NCBI RefSeq assembly: GCF_016127575.1
Contig: NZ_CP066018.1
Span: 90,001-122,000, forward strand
Length of the DNA: 32,000 bases
Direction of reading: 5' to 3'
Source of the DNA: Cupriavidus necator
GTDB lineage: Bacteria; Pseudomonadota; Gammaproteobacteria; Burkholderiales; Burkholderiaceae
Of this stretch, positions 10,843-18,592 are shown in pieces. The translations under genes and the position numbers were made by a program. Numbering within the stretch: position 1 is the first letter of the stretch; every line of letters begins with the position of its first letter. The notes beneath the pieces are model-generated. The model did no database searches, was not told the origin of the DNA, and saw nothing but the letters and a program-made list of their open reading frames with translations.

Positions 10843-12468
10843 TCAGCGTTGCGGGGCGGCGGGCGGCGCCGGGCGGATATTGCTGGCATAGGTGAAGCCG
10901 TCGCTGCGCGGCTGCACCGCGAGCCCGTCGCGATAGGCCCACGCGGCGCGCAGGTGATGCAGCGGCACGATGCCCGCGTCGGCGGCCAGCTTCTCGGCCG
11001 CGCGCTGCTGCGCCTGGTCGCGCGGCGCCGGCGCCATGGTATGCATCGATTCCTCGATCAGCGCATCCACTGCCGCGTTGGCATAGCCGCTGCGGTTGTT
11101 GGCGCCCAGCCCGGCGGCCTTGTCCTGCGCATGCGCCACCGCCACCAGCGGCTCCAGCGAATCGCCGCTGACCGCGCCGATGCCGAGCAGGAAGACGCTG
11201 AATTCCGGCTTGCCGCCGTCGCCGCCCGAGGTGGCGCGGGTGATATAGACCGAATACGGCAGCGTGCGCACCTCGGTGCGGATGCCGGCGCGGGTCAGCA
11301 TCTGCCCCACCGCCTCGCAGGTCTTGGCGTCGTTCAGATAGCGGTCGTTGGGGCAATGCAGCGTCAGGCGGAAGCCCTCGGGATAGCCAGCCTCGGCCAG
11401 CAGGCGGCGCACCCGCGCGGCATCGGCACGCGGCGCCGGCACGTTGGGGGCAAAGCCGAAGAAACCCTGCGGCACCATCTGCCCGGCCGGCACGGAATCG
11501 CCCCTGGTCACGCGCGCCGCGATCAGGTCGCGGTCGATGGCCAGGCTGATGGCCTGGCGCACCCGGGCATCGCGCAACGGATTGGCCGCCAGCGGCTGGC
11601 CGGCGTTGTCCTGCACATAAGGCGACACCGCGCGCGCCTGGTCCAGCTGCAGGTAGTTCAGCATGTACGAGGTCGCCGATACGGTGCGGATGCGGCCGTT
11701 GGTGCGCGCAAAGGCTTCGGCGATGCTGGCCGACGAGGCGTCGATCACATCCACCAGCCCCGACAGCAGCGCCGAGGCCCGCGCCGGCTCCTTCGGGATG
11801 AACTGGAACACCACCCGCTGCCACGGCTGCGGTCCGCCCCAGTAGCCCGGATTGCGCGCCAGCGTCAGCTGCTGGCCGTGCTCCCAGGCCACCAGCTTGT
11901 ATGGGCCGGTGCCGATGCTGGCGCTGCCATGGGCAAAGTCGGCCTCGCGCACGGCCTTGCCGAGCGAGCGCGGCAGCATCGCCACCATGCCGATGTTCTG
12001 CGGCAGCACCGGGTTGGGCGAGCGCGTGCGCACGCGCAGCGTCAGCGGCCCCGTCACCTCTACCGCTGCAACCGACTTCAGGTAAGTGCGGAAGGTGCGC
12101 GCCCCCGGCAGCTTCATGGCGCGCTCGATCGAATAGCGTGCATCCTCGGCGGTGAATGGCTCACCGTTGCTGAAACGCACGCCCGGGCGCAGCTGGAATT
12201 CCCAGTTGCGGTCGTCCAGCTGGCGCCATGCCGTGGCCAGCTGGGGCACGGGGCGCAGCGCATTGTCCAGGCCGACCAGGGTCTCGTACACGTGGCCCCA
12301 CAGGTTGCGGCCGGCGGCGTCCAGCACATGGGGATCGGCGGCGCTGATCTCGGCCTTGTAGCCGATGCGCAGGTCGGCGGCATGCGCGGCGTGGCCGGCC
12401 GCGAGCAGCGCGAAGGCAGCCAGGGCAGCGGCGATACGTGACGCCAGGTGGACAGCAAGGTGAGACAT
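10843..12468 (-). CDS. ABC transporter substrate-binding protein, family 5 (peptide/nickel/opine type)
   Basis: Signal peptide MSHLAVHLASRIAAALAAFALLAAGHAAHA followed by an SBP_bac_5-like body. Start placed at ATG 12468 rather than the track start at 12585. Confidence 0.9.
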   Translation of the reverse strand: MSHLAVHLASRIAAALAAFALLAAGHAAHAADLRIGYKAEISAADPHVLDAAGRNLWGHVYETLVGLDNALRPVPQLATAWRQLDDRNWEFQLRPGVRFSNGEPFTAEDARYSIERAMKLPGARTFRTYLKSVAAVEVTGPLTLRVRTRSPNPVLPQNIGMVAMLPRSLGKAVREADFAHGSASIGTGPYKLVAWEHGQQLTLARNPGYWGGPQPWQRVVFQFIPKEPARASALLSGLVDVIDASSASIAEAFARTNGRIRTVSATSYMLNYLQLDQARAVSPYVQDNAGQPLAANPLRDARVRQAISLAIDRDLIAARVTRGDSVPAGQMVPQGFFGFAPNVPAPRADAARVRRLLAEAGYPEGFRLTLHCPNDRYLNDAKTCEAVGQMLTRAGIRTEVRTLPYSVYITRATSGGDGGKPEFSVFLLGIGAVSGDSLEPLVAVAHAQDKAAGLGANNRSGYANAAVDALIEESMHTMAPAPRDQAQQRAAEKLAADAGIVPLHHLRAAWAYRDGLAVQPRSDGFTYASNIRPAPPAAPQR

Positions 12469-12481
12469 GGGGATCTGGTTC

Positions 12482-12501
12482 GTTTCTCGAAACAATGTTT
12501 C
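12482..12501. promoter_or_regulatory. candidate IclR-type operator: GTTTC-tc-GAAACA-a-TGTTTC
   Basis: A perfect 6-1-6 inverted repeat GAAACAaTGTTTC (12489-12501) overlaps a 5-2-5 repeat GTTTCtcGAAAC (12482-12493). It lies 14-33 nt upstream of the SBP start codon, downstream of the IclR gene. Confidence 0.35.
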
Positions 12502-12583
12502 ATTCAGTGATACCGCGTATCGAAGAATAAGACATCGAAGCCGTTGTCGAGAAGCAGGGTTTACCCCTGTGATTCGCGCGGCC

Positions 12584-12614
12584 AAAGAAAAAGCGGCGCC
12601 GAAGCGCCGCTTTT
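12584..12614 (-). terminator. Rho-independent terminator after the IclR gene (structurally bidirectional)
   Basis: AAAGAAAAA-GCGGCGC-cgaa-GCGCCGC-TTTT. On the minus strand the GC stem is followed by TTTTTCTTT. Confidence 0.7.
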
Positions 12615-12657
12615 GAGATATCGGGAATTTGCGCGGTCCTGCCGCGCCCAGCCGGGT

Positions 12658-13416
12658 TCAGCCGCCGGTATGCCCGAGCGCGCGTGACAGCGCGGCGGCC
12701 TCCGCCACCACCATCGCCACATGCCGGTCCAGCGCCTCCTGCGTGGTCCGGCTGGCCGGGCTGGCGATGCTCAGCGACGCCACTGCCGCGCCGCTGTGAT
12801 CGCGCAGCGGCGCGGCGGCAGAGACAGCATCGGCATCGCGCTCGCCAAGCGACACCGCATAGCCCGCGGCGCGGATCGCCGCAAGCTCGTCGCGCAGGGA
12901 CTGCGGCTCGATGATGGTCTTGGCGGTGAAACGTTCCAGCTGGTGCGCCAGCACGGCGTCCAGCACCTCGGGCGCAGCGTAGGCAAGCAGCAGCTTGCCG
13001 GAGGCCCCCACATGCAGCGGCCGGCGGTTGCCGATCTCGGTATGCACGCGCACCGATTGGGTCGACTCATGCCGCGCCACACACACCGACTCCAGCCCGT
13101 CGCGCACGCGCACGATCACGTTCTCGCCGCAGGCCGCGCCGATCGCCGCCAGCCGCGGCGCCACCAGCTTGACCAGGTCGAACTGCTCGCGCGCGGCATT
13201 GCCCACCAGCAGCGCGTTGTAGCTGAGCTTGTAGACCGCTGCCGGCGACTCGCGCGCGATCAGGCCGCGGTGCTCCAGCGTGGTCAGCAGGCGGAACGCG
13301 CGCGCCTTGGTCAGCCCGGCCCGCCGCGCCAGTTCGGTCACGCCCAGCGATGGGTGCTCGGCCACCAGCATCAGCAAGCCCAAGGCTTCGTCCACCGCTT
13401 CAACGATGTAGGTCAT
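12658..13416 (-). CDS. IclR-family transcriptional regulator
   Basis: N-terminal wHTH (LGVTELARRAGLTKARAFRLLTTLEHRGLI) and a C-terminal IclR effector domain. Start at ATG 13416 with GAAGGA upstream. Confidence 0.9.
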   Translation of the reverse strand: MTYIVEAVDEALGLLMLVAEHPSLGVTELARRAGLTKARAFRLLTTLEHRGLIARESPAAVYKLSYNALLVGNAAREQFDLVKLVAPRLAAIGAACGENVIVRVRDGLESVCVARHESTQSVRVHTEIGNRRPLHVGASGKLLLAYAAPEVLDAVLAHQLERFTAKTIIEPQSLRDELAAIRAAGYAVSLGERDADAVSAAAPLRDHSGAAVASLSIASPASRTTQEALDRHVAMVVAEAAALSRALGHTGG

Positions 13417-13654
13417 CGATCCTTCTTCGCCATGTTCGTAAATGTCCCATCGCGGATTGTAGCGGTCGCCGCGAGCATTCGGTATGCACTGCGTCACACA
13501 GACAGGCGACGCAGAAGCGCCCCGAAGGAAGATGAATCAGGCAGAGTCTCCGGCGAGGGGGCACCACCTGCGAACCCCACAATCTGGAATTTTCGAATGC
13601 AAAGCCCGGCTTATGATCGGCAGTACTCGCAGCACCTCATGCACAGATTAGAGA

Positions 13655-13759
13655 TTGACGCAGACAACCTTGTACCTGACCAGAGCCCTGCACCGCTCGC
13701 TGCAGCAACAGCCCGACCAAGTCGTCACCATCTTCCGCGGCCGGCACCGCACTTACGCG
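13655..13759 (+). pseudogene. 5' stub (about 35 codons) of an AMP-dependent acyl-CoA synthetase
   Basis: TTG-initiated frame gives (M)TQTTLYLTRALHRSLQQQPDQVVTIFRGRHRTYA, then nonsense (GRACR-stop at 13775-13777). This resembles the MxLTQxLHRxxQQxPD...RxTY N-terminus of many proteobacterial acyl-CoA ligases (from memory). Confidence 0.5.
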
Positions 13760-13832
13760 GGCCGGGCTTGCCGATGACAACGTCTTCGATGACGGACGGG
13801 GTCTTGGCCTCGTAGAGGACAGCAGCCTTCAT
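13755..13832 (-). pseudogene. 5' stub (about 26 codons) of a Zn-dependent alcohol dehydrogenase/MDR
   Basis: AAGGAGacaagg-ATG at 13832 gives MKAAVLYEAKTPSVIEDVVIGKPGPR, then KCGAGRGRW-stop (13725). This is the typical MDR/ADH N-terminus truncated before the Cys/His zinc ligands. It lies 33 nt downstream of the gntR stop. Confidence 0.6.
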
Positions 13833-13865
13833 CCTTGTCTCCTTCGCTGCGCCGGGATGCAGCCG

Positions 13866-14657
13866 TTACAGCTGCACCCGGCTGCGCTTGAGCTGGAACG
13901 CCACCGTCACCCGGTCCGCCGGATAGATCGTGTCGGTGATCTCAAGGATCCTGCCCTGCGCGTCCTTGTAATGGCGGATCAGCCGCAGGCCGGCCGAGCC
14001 CGGCTCGGCGCCCAACACCGCTGCCAGCCGCGCATCGATCAGCACGCCGTGAATCACCTGCCGGATCTCGGCAATGGCCACGCCGCAATCGCGCTCGATC
14101 AGCGCGCTGACCAATAGCCTGGGGTTGTTGCGGATGGTATCCGCCAGGTGCGCCAGCGAGGCGTCGATGTAGATGTCGGCGCGCGCCACCGGCGTGCTGC
14201 CCTTGCGCGCATCGACCCGCGTGCCGGAAAAACGCAGCCATTCGCTGCCAATCGGCGCCTCCAGCAGGCGGGCCTCGGCGCGGTCCAGCGTGACGCTGTG
14301 CACCGCCTCGATACTGCGGATCTCGGTGGCTGCCACCCGCACCAGGTCTTCTGCGGTGCCGAACGACTGGATGTACGACGCGTCCGGGTTGGCGCTCTCG
14401 ACGATGGTCCCCACCGCCTTCTTGCGCGAGATATAGCCCCAGTCCTGCAGCAGCTTGAGTGCCGCGCGCACGGTATGGCGGCTGACGCCATGCTGCTCGG
14501 CGAGATCATGCTCGGTCGGCAGCAGGCTGCCGACCACGCGGCGGCCCTCGACGATATCCCGGACCAGGGTGCTGGCCAGCTCGGCATAGCGGGTCGAGGC
14601 GGTCGCCCCCGGCGCCGCCGGTGCTTCCGCACGCTTGTCGTTCAGTTGGTTGCGCAT
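13866..14657 (-). CDS. GntR-family regulator, HutC/FarR subfamily (wHTH + UTRA domain)
   Basis: LPTEHDLAEQHGVSRHTVRAALKLLQDWGYISRKKAVGTIV is the GntR HTH. The C-terminal ~150 aa has UTRA-like length and pattern. Confidence 0.9.
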   Translation of the reverse strand: MRNQLNDKRAEAPAAPGATASTRYAELASTLVRDIVEGRRVVGSLLPTEHDLAEQHGVSRHTVRAALKLLQDWGYISRKKAVGTIVESANPDASYIQSFGTAEDLVRVAATEIRSIEAVHSVTLDRAEARLLEAPIGSEWLRFSGTRVDARKGSTPVARADIYIDASLAHLADTIRNNPRLLVSALIERDCGVAIAEIRQVIHGVLIDARLAAVLGAEPGSAGLRLIRHYKDAQGRILEITDTIYPADRVTVAFQLKRSRVQL

Positions 14658-14816
14658 GGCAATGAGATGTCCCGGGCCGATGCATGAAAAATGGGGCCGC
14701 GCATTCTAAGACAAGCGGCAGCGGCACCCGGAGCCGCGCCGCTCAGGCCTCGAAGAAGCGCCGGTCCGCTTCGGCCGGCACCGTCATGCTGGCGCAAGAC
14801 CTCGTCTCCCGCCGTG

Positions 14817-14834
14817 ACTATGTCCGTACATAGT
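14817..14834. promoter_or_regulatory. candidate GntR operator 1 (ACTATGTCCGTACATAGT)
   Basis: 18-nt inverted repeat (16/18 symmetric) containing the GT-N-AC core typical of GntR operators. It shares 15/18 positions with site 2. Confidence 0.5.
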
Positions 14835-14858
14835 GGAGGGCGGACCAAGCTATGTCAA
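14830..14858 (-). promoter_or_regulatory. candidate gntR promoter: TTGACA-N17-CACTAT (minus strand)
   Basis: The reverse complement of 14853-14858 is a perfect TTGACA, followed by a 17-nt spacer and then CACTAT (14835-14830), which is the first arm of operator 1. Confidence 0.4.
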
Positions 14859-14952
14859 TGATCGGAATATCCAGGAAATCTTGGCGGAAATTCACCCACC
14901 CGATACGGGTGGGCCGGCGCCTTGACTTGCCACCGAACCGCGCTGATCTCTT

Positions 14953-14970
14953 ACTATGTACGTACATAAA
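14953..14970. promoter_or_regulatory. candidate GntR operator 2 (ACTATGTACGTACATAAA; perfect 14-nt palindrome 14955-14968)
   Basis: TATGTACGTACATA is a perfect palindrome. A possible plus-strand promoter TTGCCA (14927-14932)-N19-TACTAT (14952-14957) overlaps it, about 250 nt upstream of the thiolase-like gene. Confidence 0.5.
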
Positions 14971-15006
14971 GCCGCATGCCGGACGTCGCAGGGATCGACC
15001 AAATGA

Positions 15007-15186
15007 GCGCAACGTGCAAAAGCTGACCGACGAACGGCCGGGCGCGTGTGCAATGCGCAGCAGGTGATCGACGCCATCGAGTCTTTCAGCAGGGTGCGCA
15101 CCAAGGAAGAGATCGCACAGTGCCTCGGCGGCAGGGTGCCGTTCGGCCCGGAAACCCCTGCAATATCCATGCGTAGCACCATTTGA
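15007..15186 (+). pseudogene. internal fragment of a family-III (CaiB/BaiF) CoA-transferase
   Basis: The open frame has no start codon: ...GRVCNAQQVIDAIESFSRVRTKEEIAQCLGGRVPFGPETPAISMRSTI-stop. The pattern RT.EE....L....VP.GP....SM matches the region preceding the C-terminal domain of CaiB-family enzymes (from memory). Confidence 0.55.
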
Positions 15187-15204
15187 CGCACCAGAGGAGA
15201 AAAG

Positions 15205-16371
15205 ATGAGCATCAAGGGCAAGGCCTATATCGTCGGGGCCTATGAGCACCCGACCCGCAAGGCACCGGACAAGTCGGTGGCGCAGCTGCACGCTGAAAGC
15301 GCCAAGGGCGCGCTGCAGGACGCTGGCCTGACGCTGGCCGACGTGGACGGCTACTTCTGCGCCGGCGACGCGCCGGGGCTGGGCGCGGTCAACATGGTCG
15401 ACTATCTCGGTCTCAAGGTGCGCCATGTCGACTCCACCGACACCGGCGGCTCCGCCTACCTGGTCCATGTCTCGCATGCGGCGCAGGCCATCGCGGCCGG
15501 CAAGTGCAACGTGGCCCTGATCACGCTGGCGGGGCGCCCGCGCTCGGAAGGCTCCAGCGGCACGCAGGCGCGCAACTGGGGCGCCAACCTGCCCGACGCG
15601 CCGTTCGAGAGCCCCTTCAGCCCGGTCACAGTCAACCTGTACGCGATGGCGGCCATGCGCCATATGCACGAGTACGGTACCACTGCCGAGCAGTTCGCCT
15701 GGGTCAAGGTGGCCGCGTCGCACCACGCGCAGCACAACCCCCATGCCATGCTGCGCGACGTGGTCACGGTCGAAGACGTGCTGAACTCGCCGATGATTTC
15801 CGATCCGCTGCACAAGCTCGACTGCTGCGTGGTATCGGACGGCGGCGGCGCACTGATCGTGGCGCGCCCGGAAATCGCCGCCACGCTGAAACGGCCCAAG
15901 GTGAAGATCCGCGGCGCCGGCGAGTACATCAAGGGCCAGCTCGGTGGCGAAGTCGACCTGAGCTGGTCCGGCGCGCGCTTCTCGGGCGCGACGGCATTTT
16001 CCGAGGCGGGCGTCACGCCGGCCGACATCAAGTACGCGTCGATCTACGACAGCTTCACCATCACCGTGCTGATGCAGCTGGAAGACCTGGGCTTCTGCAA
16101 GAAAGGCGAAGGCGGCAGGTTCGTCGCCGACGGCAACCTGATCTCGGGCGTCGGCAAGCTGCCCTTCAACACCGACGGCGGCGGCCTGTGCAACAACCAC
16201 CCGGCCAACCGCGGCGGCATCACCAAGGTCATCGAGGCCGTGCGCCAGCTGCGCGGCGAAGCCCACCCGGCGGTGCAGGTCGCCAACTGCGACCTGGCGC
16301 TGGCGCAAGGCACCGGCGGCTACCTGGGCTCGCGCCACGGCAGCGCCACCCTGATCCTTGAACGTGAATAA
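15205..16371 (+). CDS. thiolase-fold protein lacking the catalytic cysteines (SCP-x/Ltp-like, putative DUF35-dependent lyase)
   Basis: 388 aa, GAGGAG RBS. Thiolase-like throughout, but HVDSTDTGGSA replaces the N..NCATGS nucleophile motif and YDSF replaces HDCF. Followed immediately by the DUF35 gene. Confidence 0.9.
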   Translation: MSIKGKAYIVGAYEHPTRKAPDKSVAQLHAESAKGALQDAGLTLADVDGYFCAGDAPGLGAVNMVDYLGLKVRHVDSTDTGGSAYLVHVSHAAQAIAAGKCNVALITLAGRPRSEGSSGTQARNWGANLPDAPFESPFSPVTVNLYAMAAMRHMHEYGTTAEQFAWVKVAASHHAQHNPHAMLRDVVTVEDVLNSPMISDPLHKLDCCVVSDGGGALIVARPEIAATLKRPKVKIRGAGEYIKGQLGGEVDLSWSGARFSGATAFSEAGVTPADIKYASIYDSFTITVLMQLEDLGFCKKGEGGRFVADGNLISGVGKLPFNTDGGGLCNNHPANRGGITKVIEAVRQLRGEAHPAVQVANCDLALAQGTGGYLGSRHGSATLILERE

Positions 16372-16388
16372 TGCGCGGGAGCAATGAC

Positions 16389-16787
16389 ATGACGACCCCA
16401 CATACCCCCTTTGCCTACAAGGCACCGGACGAGCAGCCCGACAACCTTCCCTTCTGGCAGGCCGCGCGCGAAGGGCAATTGCTGGTCAAGGTCTGCGACG
16501 ACTGCGGCAAGCCTCACTGGTATCCGCGCGTGCTGTGCCCGTTCTGCATGGGCACCACCTCATGGAAGCCAGCCAGCGGCCGCGGCACCATCTACAGCTT
16601 CAGCGTGACGCGCCGCGCCGGCCCCAATCCGTTCTGCATCGCCTACGTGAAGCTGGACGAAGGCGTGACCATGATGACCCATATCGTCGACTGCGACCTC
16701 GACACGGTGCGGATCGGACAGAAGGTACAGGTGAAGTTCTCGCCCAGCGATGGCGGCGCACCGGTACCGACGTTCACGCTGGCCTGA
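16389..16787 (+). CDS. DUF35 Zn-ribbon/OB-fold protein (thiolase partner)
   Basis: CDDCGKPHWYPRVLCPFC rubredoxin-like ribbon followed by an OB-fold region (GTIYSFSV...IAYVKLDEGVTMMTHIV). The ATG at 16389 lies 7 nt after GGGAG; an alternative ATG at 16371 overlaps the upstream TAA. Confidence 0.85.
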   Translation: MTTPHTPFAYKAPDEQPDNLPFWQAAREGQLLVKVCDDCGKPHWYPRVLCPFCMGTTSWKPASGRGTIYSFSVTRRAGPNPFCIAYVKLDEGVTMMTHIVDCDLDTVRIGQKVQVKFSPSDGGAPVPTFTLA

Positions 16788-16834
16788 GGCCGGCTGCTGG
16801 ATGGGCGATACCGCGCTCTGACGGCAACTGCAAC

Positions 16835-18592
16835 ATGACAGTAAAGACAACCATGACCCACAACTATCTGCCCGATGCAGGCGTCACCGCCGTCCCCGCG
16901 GGTCCGCTTGCGGTGGACGCCGCAGTGGCGCTCGGCGACGTGCCGCGCGTCTTCCATATGCCGCACACCACCCTGGCGGAGAACCTTGAGATCTCGGCCC
17001 GGCGCTTCCCCGACAAGGTCGCGGTCCAGTTCTACCACGGCGCCACCACCTATGCCGAACTGCTGGCGCAGGTGGAGCGCATGGCCGGCTACCTGCAGCA
17101 GGCATGCGGCGTGCGCCGCGGCGACCGCGTGGTGCTGCTCAGCCAGAACAGCCCGCAGTTCATCGTGGCCTACCACGCGATCCTGCGCGCCGATGCCGTG
17201 GTGGTGCCGGCCAACGCCATGCTGCTGGAAGACGAGCTGCGCCATATCGTCACCGACAGCGGCGCGGTGGCCGCGTTTGCCGCAAGCGAGCTGGTCGGCC
17301 AGGTGGCGCCGCTGGTCGGCACCACGCCGCTGCGCCACGTGATCGTGCATCACTATGGCGATGCCCTGCCCGCGCAGCCCGACGACGGACTCTCGATTCC
17401 GGACTGGGTGCAGCAGCGCTCGTCCGGCACGGCGTTGCCGGCCGGCGCGGTCCACTGGCAGCAGGCCATGGCCGCCGGCTCCACGCCATCGCCGCGCTCC
17501 GCAGGCCTGGACGACCTGTGCATGCTGCCCTACACCTCGGGCACCACCGGGGCGCCCAAGGCCTGCATGCACACGCACCGCACGGTGATGGTGTCGGTGG
17601 CGGGCTCGCAGCTGTGGCGGCGCTCGCACGCCGAATCGACCTTCCTGGCAGTGGCGCCGATGTTCCACCTGCTCGGGCTGCAGAACGGCGTCAACGCGCC
17701 GGTCTACATGGGCGGCACCATCGTGCTGCTGCCGCGCTGGGACCGGCGCACCGTGGCGCAGCTGGTGGCGCGCCATCGCGTCACGTTCTGGGCTGCGCCG
17801 CCGCCGATGCTGGTGGAGTTCTTCGCGCAGCCAGGTATCGAGTCATTCGACCTGAGCAGCCTGGCCTGCGTGGTCGGGGGCGGCGCGGCGGTGCCCGACA
17901 GTACCGCGCGGCTGATGAAGGAGCGCTACGGACTGCAGTTTGTCGAAGGCTACGGCCTGACCGAGACTGCCTCGTTCATCATCGCCAACCCGCTTGCCGC
18001 AGCGCGCTCCGGGCACCTGGGCGTGCCGACCTACGGCGTCGATGCGCGCGTCATCGATCCCGCCACGCTGACCGAAGTGCCGCGCGGCGAGGTCGGCGAG
18101 ATCGTGGTGCACGGCGCGCAGGTGATGCTGGGCTACTGGAACCAGCCCGCGGCCAATGCCGAGAGCTTTATCACGATCGACGGCAAGCGCTTCTTCCGTA
18201 CCGGCGACCTTGCCAGCGTCGATGCCGACGGCTACTTCGTCATGCGCGACCGCCTCAAGCGCATGGTCAACGCCTCGGGCTACAAGGTGTGGCCGGCCGA
18301 GGTGGAAGCGATCCTGCATACCCACCCTGCCATCCTGGAAGCCTGCGTGATCGCCGCGCGCGATCCGCACCGGGGCGAGACCGTGAAGGCGGTGATCGTG
18401 CGGCGTGACGGCGCCGGCGTTTCCGAGGAAGAGTTGCTGGCGTGGTGCCGCACCAGCATGGCGACCTACAAGGCGCCGCGCATCGTGCAGTTTGTCGAAC
18501 GCCTGCCGCGCTCCGCCACCGGCAAGATCGCGTGGCGCGAACTGCAGGAGCAGGAGATGCAGGGAGCTCCGTTGCCGAACCACAAGGCCTAG
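16835..18592 (+). CDS. AMP-dependent acyl-CoA synthetase/ligase
   Basis: LPYTSGTTGAPKACMHTH (AMP-binding P-loop), YGLTET, TGDLASVDADGYFVMRDRLKRMV, PRSATGKI. Start chosen at ATG 16835 (alternative 16853); the 16535 track start overlaps DUF35. Confidence 0.9.
   Translation: MTVKTTMTHNYLPDAGVTAVPAGPLAVDAAVALGDVPRVFHMPHTTLAENLEISARRFPDKVAVQFYHGATTYAELLAQVERMAGYLQQACGVRRGDRVVLLSQNSPQFIVAYHAILRADAVVVPANAMLLEDELRHIVTDSGAVAAFAASELVGQVAPLVGTTPLRHVIVHHYGDALPAQPDDGLSIPDWVQQRSSGTALPAGAVHWQQAMAAGSTPSPRSAGLDDLCMLPYTSGTTGAPKACMHTHRTVMVSVAGSQLWRRSHAESTFLAVAPMFHLLGLQNGVNAPVYMGGTIVLLPRWDRRTVAQLVARHRVTFWAAPPPMLVEFFAQPGIESFDLSSLACVVGGGAAVPDSTARLMKERYGLQFVEGYGLTETASFIIANPLAAARSGHLGVPTYGVDARVIDPATLTEVPRGEVGEIVVHGAQVMLGYWNQPAANAESFITIDGKRFFRTGDLASVDADGYFVMRDRLKRMVNASGYKVWPAEVEAILHTHPAILEACVIAARDPHRGETVKAVIVRRDGAGVSEEELLAWCRTSMATYKAPRIVQFVERLPRSATGKIAWRELQEQEMQGAPLPNHKA

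Noticed and set aside
14852-15067. 71-aa ORF in the gntR / thiolase-like intergenic region
   Set aside because: It has no RBS. It runs straight through the promoter-like hexamers and the perfect operator palindrome, and its product is Arg-rich. A weak PIRVGRRLDL resemblance to the CaiB N-terminus (GIRVLDL) was noted, but it is too short and gapped to claim.
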